The notes beneath the pieces were generated by a model. That model searched no databases. It saw only the letters and a program-made list of their open reading frames with translations, and had not been told where the DNA came from. A stretch of 64,000 nt of DNA from Squalus acanthias (taxonomy: Eukaryota), in contig JASTWF010000034.1 in the NCBI GenBank assembly GCA_030390025.1, positions 5,518,001-5,582,000 on the forward strand, read 5' to 3'. Below are positions 1 to 13,700 of the stretch, piece after piece. Numbering within the stretch: position 1 is the stretch's first letter; each line of letters opens with the position of its first letter. The translations under genes and the position numbers were made by a program.

Positions 1-3000
1 CTCTGATCTAACTGTGTGTTTGTGGGAGTCTGAATGTGTTCCTGATCTCTGATCTTACAGATTGTGTGTGGGAGTCTGAATGGGTTCCTGGTCTCTGATC
101 TAACAGTGTGTGTGTGAAAGTCTGAGTGGGCTCCTGGTCTCTGATCTAACAGTGTGAGTGTGGCAGTGTGAATTTGCTCCTGATCTCTGATCTAACAGTG
201 TGAGTGTGGGAGTGTGAAAGCGTTCCTGGTCTCTGATTTAACAGTGTGTGTGTGGGAGTCTGAATGTGATCCTGGTATATGAATGAACATTGTGTACGGG
301 TGTCTGAATGAGCTCCTCGTCTCTAATCTAACAGTGTGTGTGGGAGTCTGAATTGGCTCCTGGGCTCTGATCTATCACTGTGTTTCTCGGAGATTGAATG
401 AGCTCCTGCTCTCTGATCTGACAGTGTGTATGTCGGAGTCTGAATGAGCTCCTGATCTCTAATCGAACAGTGTGTGTGTGGGAGTCTGAATTAGCTACTG
501 GTCTCTAATCTAACAGAGTGTTTGTGGGAGTCGGAATGAGATGCTGGTCTCTGATCCAATTGTATATGAGTTCTAGTCTGAATGCGCTCCTGGTCTCTGA
601 TCGAACAGAGTGTATGTGGGAGCCTGAATGAGCCCCTGGTCTCTGATCTAACAGTGTGTGTGTGGGAGTCTGAATGGGTTCCTGGTCTCTGATCATACAG
701 TGTGTGTGTGGGAGTCGGAATGGGCTCCTGGTCTCTGATCTAACAGTGTGTGTGTAGGAGTCCGAATGGGTACCTGGTCTCTGATCTAACAGTGTGTGTG
801 TGAAAGTCTGAATGGGCTCCTGGTCTCTGATCTAACAGTGTGTATGAGTGGGAGTCTGAATGAGCTCCTGGTCTCTGATCTAACAGTGGATGTGTGGGAG
901 TCTGAATGTGCTCCTGGTCTCTGATCTAACTGTGTGTTTGTGGGAGTCTGAATGAGTTCCTGATCTCTGATCTTACAGTATGTGTGTGGGAGTCTGAATG
1001 GGCTCCTGGTCTCTGATCTAACAGTGTGTGTGTGAAAGTCTGATTGGGCTCCTGGTCTCTGATCTAACAGTGTGAGTTTGGGAGTGTGAATTTGCTCCTG
1101 ATCTCTGATCTAACAGAGTGAGTGTGGGAGTGTGAAAGCGTTCCTGGTCTCTGATTTAACAGTGTGTGTGTGGGAGTCTGAATGTGATCCTGGTCTATGA
1201 ATGAACATTGTGTACGGGTGTCTGAATGAGCTCCTCGTCTCTAATCTGACAGAGTGTGTGGGAGTCTGAAACAGATGCTGGTCTCTGATCCAAGAGTATA
1301 TGTGTGGGAGTCTGATCTAGCTACAGGTCTCTGATCTAACAGTGTGTGTGTGGATGTCTGAATGTGCTCCTAGTCTCTGATATAACATTTCCGTGTGTGG
1401 GAGTCTGAATGGGCTCCTGGTCTCTGATCTAACAGTTTGTGTGTGGGAGTCTGAATGTGCTCCTAGTCTCTGATATAACATTTCCGTGTGTGTGAGTCTG
1501 AATGGGCTCATTGTCTCTGATCTAACAGTGGGTGTGTGGGAGTCTGAATGAGCTCCTGGTCTCTGATCTAACAGTGGACGTGGGGGAGTCTGATTGTGCT
1601 CCTGGTCTCTAATCTAACAGTGTGTGTGTGGGAGTCTGAATGAGCTCCTGGTCTCTGATCTAACAGTGGATGTGGGGGAGTCTGAATGTGCTCCTGGTCT
1701 CTAATCTAACAGTGTGTGTGTGGGAGTCTGAATGAGCTCCTGGTCTCTGATCTAACAGTGTGTATGTGTGGGAGACTGAATGAGCTCCTGGTCTCTGATC
1801 TAACAGTGTGTGTGTGGGAGTCTGAATGAGCCCGTGGTCTCTGATCTTTCAGTGTGTGTGTGGCAGTCTGAATGAGCTCCTGCTCTCTCATCTAACAGTG
1901 TGTTTGTGGGAGTCTGATTGAGATCCTGGTCTCTAATCGAACACTGTGTGTGTGGGAGTCTGAATGAGCTCCTGGTTCCTGATCTAACAGTGTGTGTGTG
2001 GGAGTCTAAATCAGCTCCTCTTCTCTGATCTAACAGTGTGTTTGTGGGAGTCTGAATATGCTCCTGGTCTCTGAAAGAACATTGTGTGTATGGGAGACTG
2101 AATGGACGCCATGTTTCTATCAAACATTTTGTGTGTGGATCTCTGAATGGGCTCAAATCTCTGATATTACACTGTGTGTTGGGATCTGAATGAGCTCCTG
2201 GTCTGTGATCTAACAATGTGTGTGTGGGAGTCTGAATGTGTTCCTGGTCTCTGTTCTAACAGTGTGTTTGTGGGAGTCTGAATGGGCTCCTGTTCTCTGA
2301 TCTAACAGTGTGTGTGTGGGAGTCTGAAAGGGCTCCTGGTCTCTGATCTAACAGTGTATGTGTTGGGATCTGAATGAGCTCCTGGTCTGTGATCTAACAG
2401 TGTGTGTGTGGGAGTCTGAATGTGTTCCTGGTCTCTGTTCTAACAGTGTGTTTGTGGGAGTCTGAATGGGCTCCTGTTCTCTGATCTAACAGTGTGTGTG
2501 TGGGAGTCTGAATGGGCTCCTGGTCTCTGATCTAACAGTGTGAGTGTTGGAGTGTAAATGGGCTCCTGATCTCTTCTCTAACAGTGTGAGTGTGGGAGTG
2601 TAAATGGGCACCTGGTCTCTGATCTAACAGTGTGTATGTTGGAGTCTGAATGTCATCCTGGTCTATGAATGAACATTGTGTATGGGAGTTTGAATGAGCA
2701 CCTCGTCTCTGATCTAACAGTGTTTGTGTGGGAGTCTGAATTGGCTCCTGGGCTCTGATCTAACAGTGTGTTTGTGGGAGTCTGAATGAGATGCTGGTCT
2801 CTGATCGAATTGTCTATGAGTGGTAGTCTGAATGCGCTCCAGGTCTCTGATCGAACAGAGTGTGTGTGGGAGTTTGAATGAGCTCCTGGCCTCTGATCTA
2901 ACAGTGTGTGTGTGGGAGTCTGTATGGGCTCCTATTCTCTGATCTTATAGTGTGTGTGTGGGAGTCTGAATTGGCTCCTGGTCTCAGATCTAACAGTGTG

Positions 3001-6000
3001 TGTGTGGGGGTCTGAATGGGCTACTGGTATCTGATCTAACAGTGTGTGTGTAGAAGTCCGAATGGATCCTGGTCTCAGATCTAACAGTGTGTGTGTGGGG
3101 GTCTGAATGGGCTACTGGTATCTGATCTAACAGTGTGTGTGTAGAAGTCCGAATGGATCCTGGTCTCAGATCTAACAGTGTGTGTGTGGGGGTCTGAATG
3201 GGCTACTGGTATCTGATCTAACAGTGTGTGTGTAGAAGTCCGAATGGATCCTGGTCTCTAATCTAACAGTGTGTGTGTGGGAGTCTGAATGGGCTCCTGG
3301 TCTCTGATCTAACAGTGTGTGTGTGGGAGTCTGAATGGGCTCCTGGTCTCTGATCTAACAGTGTGTGTGTGGGAGTCTGAATTGGCTCCTGGGCTCTGAT
3401 CTATCACTGAGTTTCTCGGAGTCTGAATGAGCTCCTGATCTCTAATCTAACAGTGTGTTTGTGGGAGTCTGAATGAGATGCTGGTCTCTGATCCAATTGT
3501 ATATGAGTGGTAGTGTGAATGCGCTCCTGGCCTCTGAGCGAACAGAGTGTGTGTGGGAGTATGAATGAGCTCCTGGTCTCTGATCTTACAGTGTGTGTGT
3601 GGGAAACTGAATGAGCTCCTGGTCTCTGATCTAACCGTTTGTGTGTGGGAGTCGGAATGAGCTCCTGGTCACTGATCTAACAGTGTGTGTGTGGGTGTCT
3701 GAATGGGCTCCTGGTCTCTGATCTAATAGTGTGTGTGTGGGATACTGAATGAGCTTCTGGTCTCTGATCTAACAGTGTATGTGTGGGTGTCTGAATGGGC
3801 TCCTGGTCTCTGATCTAACAGTGTTTGTGTGGGATACTGAATGAGCTTCTGGTCTCTGATCTAACAGTGTGTTTGTAGGAGTCTGAATGGGCTCCTGGTC
3901 TCTGATCTAACAGTGTGTTTGTGGGAGTCTCATTGAGCTCCTGGTCTCTGATCTAACAGTGTGTTTGTGGGAGTCTGATTGAACTCCTGGTCTCTGATCG
4001 AACACTGTGTTTGTGGGAGTCTGAATGTGCTCCTGGTCTCTGATCAAACAATGTTTTCGTGGGAGTCTAATTGAGCTCCTGTTCTCTGATGGAACACTGT
4101 GTGTGGTAGTCTGAATGAGCTCCTGGTTTCTCATCTAACAGTGGGTATGTGGTAGTCTGAATGAGCTCCTGGTTTCTCATCTAACAGTGGGTATGTGGTA
4201 GTCTGAATGAGCTCCTGGTTTCTCATCTAACAGTGGGTATGTGGTAGTCTGAATGAGCTCCTGGTTTCTCATCTAACATTGTGTGTGTGGGAGTCTAACT
4301 CAGCTCCTCTTCTCCGATCTAACAGTGTGTTTGTGGGAGTCTGAATAGGCTCCTGGTCTCTGAATAAAATTGTGTGTATGGGAGTCTGAATGGATTCCAT
4401 GTTACTGATCAAACAGTTTGTGTGTGGATCCCTGAATGGGCTCCTAGTCTCTGATATTACACTGTGTGTTGGGATCTGAATGAGCTCCTGGTCTCTGATC
4501 TAACAGTGTTTGTGTGGGAATCTGAATGAGCTCCTGCTCTCTGATCTAACAGTTTGTGTGTGGGAGTCTGAATGGGCTCCTGGTCTCTGATCTAACAGTG
4601 TTTTGGCGGGAGTCTAATTGAGCTCCTGTTCTCTGATGGAACACTGTGTGTGGTAGTCTGAATGAGCTCCTGGTTTCCCATCTAACAGTGGGTATGTGGT
4701 AGTCTGAATGAGCTCCTGGTTTCTCATCTAACAGTGGGTATGTGGTAGTCTGAATGAGCTCCTGGTTTTTCATATAACAGTGGGTATGTGGTAGTCTGAA
4801 TGAGCTCCTGGTTTCTCATCTAACATTGTGTGTGTGGGAGTCAAAATCAGCTCCTCTTCTCTGAACTAACAGTGTGTTTCTGGGAGTCTGAATAGGTTCC
4901 TGGTCTCTGAATGAAGATTGTGTGTATAGGTGTCCGAATGGACTCCATGTTTCTGATCAAACAGTTTGTGTGTGGATCTCTGAATGGGCTCCAATCTCTG
5001 ATATTACACTGTGTGTTGGGATCTGAAAGAGCTCCTGGTCTCTGATCTAACAGTGTTTGTGTGGGAGTCTGAATGAGCTCCTGGTCTCTGATCTAACAGT
5101 TTGTGTGTGGGAGTCTGAATGAGCTCCAGGTCTCTGATCTAACAGTGTGTGTGTGGGAGTCTGAAAGGGCTCCTTGCTTCTGATTTAACATTTTGTGTGT
5201 GGGACTGTGAATGGGCTCCTGGTGTCTATTCTAACAACGTGTGTGTGGGATTCCGATTGTGCTCCTGGTCTCTGTTCTAACAGTGTGTTTGTGGGAGTCT
5301 GAATGGGCTTTTGGTCTCTGATCTAACATTGTATGTATGGAGGTTTGAATGGACTCCTGGTTACTGATCTAACAGTGTGTTTGTGGGCGTCTAAATGGGC
5401 TATTGGTCTCTGATCAAACATTGTGTGTGTGGGTGTCAGAAAGGGCACCTGGTCCCTGATTTAACAGTGTGTGTGTGGAAGTCTGAATGAGCTCCTGGTC
5501 TCTGATCCATCAGTGTGTGTGTGGGAGTCTGAATGTGCTCCTGGTCTCATATCTAACAGTGTATGTGTTGGAGTCTGAATGAGCTCCTGGTCACTGAAAT
5601 AACAGTGTGTGTGTAGGAGTCCGAATGGGCTCCTGGTCTCTGATCTAACAGTGTGTGTGTAGGAGTCCGAATGGGCTCCTCGTCACTGAAATAACAGTGT
5701 GTGTGTAGGAGTCCGAATGGGCTCCTGGCCTCTGATCTAACAGTGTGTGTGTAGGAGTCCGAATGGGCTCCTGGTCTCTGATCTAACAGTGTGTGTGTAG
5801 GAGTCCGAATGGGCTCCTGGCCTCTGATCTAACAGTGTGTGTGTGGGAGTCTGAATGGGCTCCTGGTCTCTGATCATACAGTGTGTGTGTGGGAGTCTGA
5901 ATAGGCCCCTGGTCTCTGATCTAACAGTGTGTGTGTGGGAGTCTGAATTGTCTCCTGGTCTCTGATCTAACAGTGTGTGTAGAAGTCCGAATGGGCTCCT

Positions 6001-6393
6001 GGTCTCTGATCTAAGATTGTGTGTGTGGGAGTCTGAATGTGCTCCTGGTCTCTGATCTAACATTGTGTGTGTGGGAATCTGAATGAGCTCCTGCTCTCTG
6101 ATCTAACAGTGTGTGTGTCGGAGACTGAATGGGCTCCCGGTCTCTGATCATACAGTGTTTGTGTCGCAGTCTGAATGAGTTTTTGGTCTCTGATCTAACA
6201 GTGTGTTTCAGGGAGTCTGAATGGGCTCCTGGTCTCTGATCAAAATTGGTTGTGGCAGTCTGAATGGGCTCCTGGTCTCTGATCTTCCAGTGGGTGTGTG
6301 GGAGTCTGAATGCCCCCCTGATCTCTGATAAAACAGTGGGTCTGTTGGAGTCTGAATGGGCTCCTGGTCTCTAATCTGACAGTGCGTGTGGGA

Positions 6394-6521
6394 TAGCAAA
6401 ATACTGCAGATGCTGGAAATCCGAAACAACAACAGAAAACGCTGGAAAAACTCAGCAGGCCAGGCAGCATCCGTTTAGAGAGAAAGAGTTAACGTTTCAG
6501 TTCGATGACCTTTCTTCAGAA
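6394..6521 (-). mobile_element. 128-bp retroposed fragment, probably Penelope-like-element-derived, with 8-9 bp target-site duplication
   Basis: Non-satellite sequence interrupts one unit; cgtgtggga at 6385-6393 and 6522-6530; paralogous block at ~12630-12760 is empty; family assignment is from recall and the hammerhead-like motif. Confidence 0.75.
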
Positions 6522-6522
6522 C
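6488..6522 (-). ncRNA. Minimal type I hammerhead-ribozyme-like motif (probably truncated or inactive)
   Basis: Minus strand GUU-CUGAAGA-A-AGGUC-AUC-GAACU-GAAAC-GUU-AAC: CUGANGA and GAAA cores, stem II with one mismatch, palindromic ACGU stem III, 3-bp stem I. Confidence 0.5.
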
Positions 6523-7754
6523 GTGTGGGAGTCTGAATTAGATACTGGTCTCTGATCTAACAGGGTGTTTGTGGGAGTCTGAATGAGATGCTGGTCTCTG
6601 ATCCAAGAGTATATGTGTGGTAGTCTGAATGAGCTCCTGGTCTCTGATCTAACAGTGTGTTTGTGGGAGTGTGAATGGGCTCCCAGTCTCTTATATAACA
6701 CTGTATGTGTGGCTTTCTGAATGTGCTCCTGGCCTCTGATCAAACAGTGAGTGCTGCAGTCTGAATAGGCTCCTGGTCTCTGACCTAAAAGTGTGTGTGT
6801 AGGAGTCCGAATGGGCTCCTGGTCTCTGATCTAACATTGTCTGTTTGGTAGTCTGAATGGGCTCCTGGTCTCCGATCGAACTGAGTTTGTGAGGGAGTAT
6901 GAATCAGCTCCTGGTGTCTGATCTAACAGTGTGTGTGTGTGGATCTCTGAATGGACACCTAGTCTCTGATCCATCAGTGTGTGTTTGGGAGTCTCAATGG
7001 GCCCCTGGTCTCTTATCTGACAGTGTATGTGTTGGAGTCTGAATCGGCTCCTGGTCCCTGATTTAACAGTGTGTGTGTGGACGTCTGAACAAGCTCCTGG
7101 TCTCTGATCCATCAGTGTGTGTTCTGGAGTCCGAATGGGCTCCTTTTCTCCTATATAACAGTGTATGTATTGGTGTCTGAATGAGCTCCTGGTCACTGAA
7201 ATAACAGTGTGTGTGTAGGAGTCCGAATGGGCTCCTGGTCTCTGATCTAACAGTGTGTGTGTGGGAGTCTGAATGGACTCCTGATCTCTGATCATACAGT
7301 GTGTGTGTGGGAGTCTGAATAGGCTCCTGGTCTCTGATCTAACAGTGTGTGTGTGGGAGTCTGAATGGGCTCCTGATCTCTGATCATACAGTGTGTGTGT
7401 GGGAGTCTGAATGGGCTCCTGGTCTCTAATCTAACAGTGTGTGTGTAGGAGTCCGAATGGGCACGTTGTCCATGATCAAACAGTGTGAGTGTTGGAGTCT
7501 GAATGGGCTCCTCGTCTCTGGTCTATCACTGTGTTTGTCGGCGTCTGAATGAGCTCCTGCTCTCTGATCGTACAGTGTGTGTGTGGGAGTCTAAATGAGC
7601 CCCTGTTCTCTGATCTAACAGTGTATGTGTGGGAGTCTGAATGGGCTCCCGATCTCTGATCATACAGTGTGTGTGTGGCAGTCTGAATGAGTTTTTGGTC
7701 TCTGATCTAACAGTGTGTTCGTGGGAGTCTGAATGGGCTCCTTGTACATGATCA

Positions 7755-10700
7755 AACAGTGGGTCTGTTGGAGTCTGAATGGGCTCATGGTCTCTAATCT
7801 AACAGTGTGTGTGTGAGTCTGAATTAGCTACTGGTCTCTGATCTAACAGGGTGTTTGTGGGAGTCTGAATGAGCTGCTGGTCTCTGATCCAAGAGTATAT
7901 GTGTGGTAGTCTGAATGAGCTCCTGGTTTCTGATCTAACAGTGTGTTTATGGGAGTACGAATGGGCTCCCATTCTCTTATCTAACACTGTATGTGTGGGT
8001 TTCTGAATGTTCTCCTGGTCTCTGATCAAAAAGTGAGTGTGGCAGTCTAAATGGGCTCCTGGTCTCTGATCTAACAGAGTGTGTGTGTGAATCTGAATGC
8101 GCTCCCGGTCTCCGATCGAACAGAGTTTGTGAGGGAGTATGAATGAACTCCTGGTCTCTGATTTAACAGTGTGTGTGTGTGGATCTCTGAATGCGCTCCT
8201 AGTCTCTGATCCATCAGTGTGTGTTTGGGAGTCTCAATGGGCCCCTGGTCTCTTATCTGACAGTGTATCTGTTGGAGTCTGATGGTCTCCTGGTCTCTGA
8301 TCTAACAGTGTGTGTGTGGGAGACTGAATGTGCTCCTGGTCTCTGATCCAACAGTGTCTGAGTGGGAGTCTGAATGAGATCGTCGTCTCTTTTCTAATCG
8401 TGTGTGTGTGGGAGTCTGAATGGGCTCCTGGTCTCTGATCTAACACTGTGTGTGTGGGAGTCCGAATGGGCTACTGGTCTCTGATCTAACAGTGTGTGTG
8501 TGGGAGCCTGAATGGGTCCCTGGTCTCTGATCTAACAGTGTGTGTGTAGTAGTTCGAATGGGCTACTGGTCTCTGATCTAACAGAGTGTGTGTGGGAATC
8601 AGAATGGGCTCCTGGTCTCTGATCTAACAGTGTGTGTGTGGGAGACTGAATGTGCTCCTGGTATCTGATCCAACAGTGTCTGTGTGGAAGTCTGAATGAC
8701 ATCGTCGTCTCTTTTCTAACCGTGTGTGTGTGGGAGTCTGAATGGGCTCCTGGTGTCAGATCTAACACTGTGTGTGTGTGAATCTCAATGGGCCCCTAGC
8801 CTCTGAGCTAAGTGTGTGTGTGTGGGAGTCTGTATGAGCTCCTGGTCTCTGATCAAACAGTGCGTTTGAGGGAATCCGATTTAGCTCCTGGTCTCTGATC
8901 TAACACTGTGTGTGTGGGAGTCTAAATGAGCTCCTCTTCTCTGTTTTAACAGTGTGTTTGTGGGAGTCCGAATGCGCTCCTGGTCTTTGATCTAACAGTG
9001 TGGGTGTGGGAGTCTGAATGAGCTCCTGGTCTCTGATCTAAAAGTGTGTCTGTGGATGTCTGAATTGGCTCCTGGTCTGTGATCTAACACTGTGCGTGTG
9101 GGAGTCTGAATGAGCTCCTGGTCTCTGATCTAACAGTGTGTTTGTGGGAGTCTGAAAGGGTTCCTTGTCTCTGATGTAAAATTTCGTGCGTGGGAATCTG
9201 AATGGGCTCCTGGTGTCTATTCTAACACTGTGTGTGTGGGAGTCTGAATGAGCTCCTGGTCTCTGTTCTGACAGTGTGTTTGTGGGAGTTTGAATGGGCT
9301 CCTGGTCTCTGATCTAACAATGTTTGTATGGGAGGTGGAATGTGCTCCTGGTATGTGATCTAACAGTGTGTGTGCGAGAGTCTGAATGAGCTCCTGGTAT
9401 CTGATCTAACAATGTATGTGTGGGAGTCTGAATAGGCCCCTGCTCTCTTATCTAACATTGTATGTGTTGGATTCTAAATGGGCTTCAGGTCTCTGATTCA
9501 TCATAGTATGTGTTGGAGTCTGAATGGGCTCCTGGAGTCTATTCTAACACTGTGTGTGTGGGAGTCTGAAGTAGCTCCAGATCTCTGATCTAACAGTGTG
9601 TGTGTGGGAGACTGAATGAGCTCCTCTTTTCTGATCTAACAGTGGGTATGTGTGGGATTCTGATTGGGCTCATGGTCTCTGATATAACAGTGTGTGTGTG
9701 GGAGTCTGAATGGGCTCCTGGTCCCTGAATGAACAGTGTGTGTGAGGGAGTCTGAATGGGCTTCTTGTTTCTGATCTATCTCTGTGATTGTCGGAGTTTG
9801 AATGAGCTCCTGCTCTCTGATCTAACAGTGTGTTTGTGGGAGTCTGAATGGGCTCCCAGTCTCTAATCTAACATTGTATGTGTGAGTGTCTGAATGTGCT
9901 CCTGGTCTCTGATCCAACAGCGTGTGTGACAGTCTGAATGGGCTTCTGGTCTCTGATCTAACAGTGTGTGTATGGGAATCTGACTGGGCTCCTGTTCTCT
10001 GATCTAATAGTGTGCGTCTGGGAGTCTGAATGATCTCCTGGTCTCTGATTTAACCGTGTGTGTGTGGGACTCTGAATTGGCTCCTGGTCGCTGATTTTTA
10101 AGTGTGTGTGTGGGAGTCTGAATGGCCACCTGATCTCTGATAAAACAGTGGGTGTGTTGGAGTCTGAATGGGCTCCTGGTCTCTAATCTAACAGTGTTTG
10201 TGGGAGTTTGAATTAGCTACTGATCTCTGATCTAACAGGTTGTTTGTGGGAGTCTGAATTAAATGCTGGTCTCTGATCCAAGAGTATATGTGTGGTAGTC
10301 TGAATGAGCTCCTGGTCTTTGATCGAACAGAGTTTGTGTGGGAGTATGGATAAGCTTCTGGTCTCTGATCTAACCGTGTGTGTGTGGATCTCTGAATGGG
10401 CTCCTAGTCTCTGATCTCACACTGTGTGTGTAGGAGTCTGAATGAATTTCTTATCTCTAATCTAACAGTATTTGTGTGGGAGTCTGAATGGGCTCCTGGT
10501 CTCTGATCTAACAGTGTGTATGTTGGAGTCTGAATGGGCTCCTGGTCTCTAATATAACAGTGTGTGTGGGAGTCTGAATTAGCTACTGGTCTCTGATCTA
10601 ACAGTGGATATGTGGGAGTCTGAATGAGATGCTGGTCTCTAATCCAAGAGTATATGTGTGGTAGTCGGAATGAGCTCCTGGTCTCTGATCCAACAGTGTG

Positions 10701-13700
10701 TGTGTGTAAATCTGAATGCGCTCCTGGTCTCTGATCGAACAGAGTGTGTGTGGGAATATGAATGAGCTCCTGGTCTCTGATCCAACAGTGTGTGTGTGTA
10801 AATCTGAATGCGCTCCTGGTCTCTGATCGAACAGAGTGTGTGTGGGAATATGAATGAGCTCCTGGTCTCTGATCTAACAGTGTTTGTGTGGGAGTCTGAA
10901 TGGTCTCCTGGTCTCTGATCGAACAGTGTGTCTGACGGAGTCTGAAAGGACTCCTTGTCTCTGATGTAACATTGTGTGCGTAGGAATCTGAATGGGCTCC
11001 TGTTGTCTATTCTAACACTGTGTGTTTGGGAGTCTGAATGTGCTCCTGGTCTCTTTTCTAACAGTGTGTGTGTGGGAGTCTGAATTAGCTCCTGATCTCT
11101 GATCTAACAGTGTGTTTGTGGGTGTCTGAATGAGCCCCTGGTCTCTGATTTAACAATATGTATGCGGGAGACTGAATGAGCCCCTGGTCTCTGATCTAAC
11201 AGTGTGTGTGTGGGAGTCTGAATGGGCTCCTGGTCTCTGATCTAACAGTGTGTGTCTGGTAGTCTAAATGTGCTCCTGGTCTCTGATCTAACAGTGTTTG
11301 TGTGGGAGTCTGAATGGTCTCCTGGTCTCTGATCGAACAGTGTGTCTGACGGAGTCTGAAAGGACTCCTTGTCTCTGATGTAACATTGTGTGCGTAGGAA
11401 TCTGAATGGGCTCCTGTTGTCTATTCTAACACTGTGTGTTTGGGAGTCTGAATGTGCTCCTGGTCTCTTTTCTAACAGTGTGTGTGTGGGAGTCTGAATT
11501 AGCTCCTGATCTCTGATCTAACAGTGTGTTTGTGGGTGTCTGAATGAGCCCCTGGTCTCTGATTTAACAGTATGTATGCGGGAGACTGAATGAGCCCCTG
11601 GTCTCTGATCTAACAGTGTGTGTGTGGGAGTCTGAATGGGCTCCTGGTCTCTGATCTAACAGTGTGTGTCTGGTAGTCTAAATGTGCTCCTGGTCTCTGA
11701 TCTAACAGCGTGTTTGTGGGAGTCTGAATGGGCTCATGGTCTCTGATTTAACAGTGTGTGTGGGAGTCTGAATGGGCTCCTCGTCTCTGATCTAACATTG
11801 TGTGTGTATGAGTCTTAATGAGCTCCTGGTGTCTGATCTATCAGTGTATGTGTGGGATTCTGAATGGGCTCCTGCTCTCTGATCTAACAGTGTGTTTGTG
11901 GGAGTCTGAAAGGGCTCCTTTTCTGTATTGCAACATTTTGTGTTTTGGAATCTGAATGGGCTCCTCGTGTCTATTCTAACACTGTGTGTGTGGGAGTTAG
12001 AATGTGCTCCTCGTCTCTGATCTAACAGTGTGTGTGTGGGATTCTGAATGGGCTCCTGGTCTCTGATCTAACAGTGTATGTGTGGGATTCTGAATTAGCT
12101 CCTGATCTCTGATCTAACATTGTGTTTGTGGGTGTTTGAATGAGTCCCTGGTCTCTGATTGAACAGTATGTGTGCGGGAGACTGAATGCACTCCTGGCCT
12201 CTGGTCTAACAGTATGTGTCTGGGAGTCTGAATGTGCTCCTGGTCTCTGATCTAACAATGTGTGTGTAGGAGTCTGAATGAATTTCTTATCTCTGATCTA
12301 ACAGTGTTTGTGTGGGAGTCTGAATGGGCTCCTGGTCTCTGATCTAACAGTGTGTTTGTGGGAGTCGGAATGGGCTCCTGGTCTCTGATCTAACAGTGTG
12401 TGTCTGGGAGTCTGAATGTGCTCCTGGTCTCTGATCTAAGAGTGTGTTTGTGGGATTCTGAATGGGCTCCTGGTCTCTGATTTAACAGTGTATGTGTGGG
12501 AGTCTGAATGAGCTCCTTGTCTCTGATCTAACAATGTATGTATGTGATTCTGATTGGGCTCCTGGTCTCTGATCTAACAGTGTGTGTGTGGGAGTCGTGT
12601 GTGTGGGAATCTGAATTGGCTCCTGGTCTCTGATCTTCCAGTGGGTGTGTGGGAGTCTGAATAGCTCCCTGATCTCTGATAAAACAGTGGGTCTGTTGGA
12701 GTCTGAATGGGCTCATGGTCTCTAATCTAACAGTGTGTGTGTGAGTCTGAATTAGCTACTGGTCTCTGATCTAACAGGGTGTTTGTGGGAGTCTGAATGA
12801 GCTGCTGGTCTCTGATCCAAGAGTATATGTGTGATAGTCTGAATGAGCTCCTGGTTTCTGATCTAACAGTGTGTTTATGGGAGTACGAATGGGCTCCCAG
12901 TCTCTTATCTAACACTGTATGTGTGGGTTTCTGAATGTGCTCCTGGTCTCTGATCAAACAGTGAGTGTGGCAGTCTAAATGGGCTCCTGGTCTCTGATCT
13001 AACAGAGTGTGTGTGTGAATCTGAATGCGCTCCCGGTCTCCGATCGAACAGAGTTTGTGAGGGAGTATGAATGAACTCCTGGTCTCTGATTTAACAGTGT
13101 GTGTGTGTGGATCTCTGAATGCGCTCCTAGTCTCTGATCCATCAGTGTGTGTTTGGGAGTCTCAATGGGCCCCTGGTCTCTTATCTGACAGTGTATCTGT
13201 TGGAGTCTGATGGTCTCCTGGTCTCTGATCTAACAGTGTGTGTGTGGGAGACTGAATGTGCTCCTGGTCTCTGATCCAACAGTGTCTGAGTGGGAGTCTG
13301 AATGAGATCGTCGTCTCTTTTCTAATCGTGTGTGTGTGGGAGTCTGAATGGGCTCCTGGTCTCTGATCTAACACTGTGTGTGTGGGAGTCCGAATGGGCT
13401 ACTGGTCTCTGATCTAACAGTGTGTGTGTGGGAGCCTGAATGGGTCCCTGGTCTCTGATCTAACAGTGTGTGTGTAGTAGTCCGAATGGGCTACTGGTCT
13501 CTGATCTAACAGAGTGTGTGTGGGAATCAGAATGGGCTCCTGGTCTCTGATCTAACAGTGTGTGTGTGGGAGACTGAATGTGCTCCTGGTATCTGATCCA
13601 ACAGTGTCTGTGTGGGAGTCTGAATGACATCGTCGTCTCTTTTCTAACCGTGTGTGTGTGGGAGTCTGAATGGGCTCCTGGTGTCTGATCTAACACTGTG

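Noticed and set aside
505..13696. Many 60-154 aa minus-strand ORFs (HTHTVRSETRS..)
   Set aside because: Translations of the 46-bp satellite; the unit is not a multiple of 3 and has no domain signal
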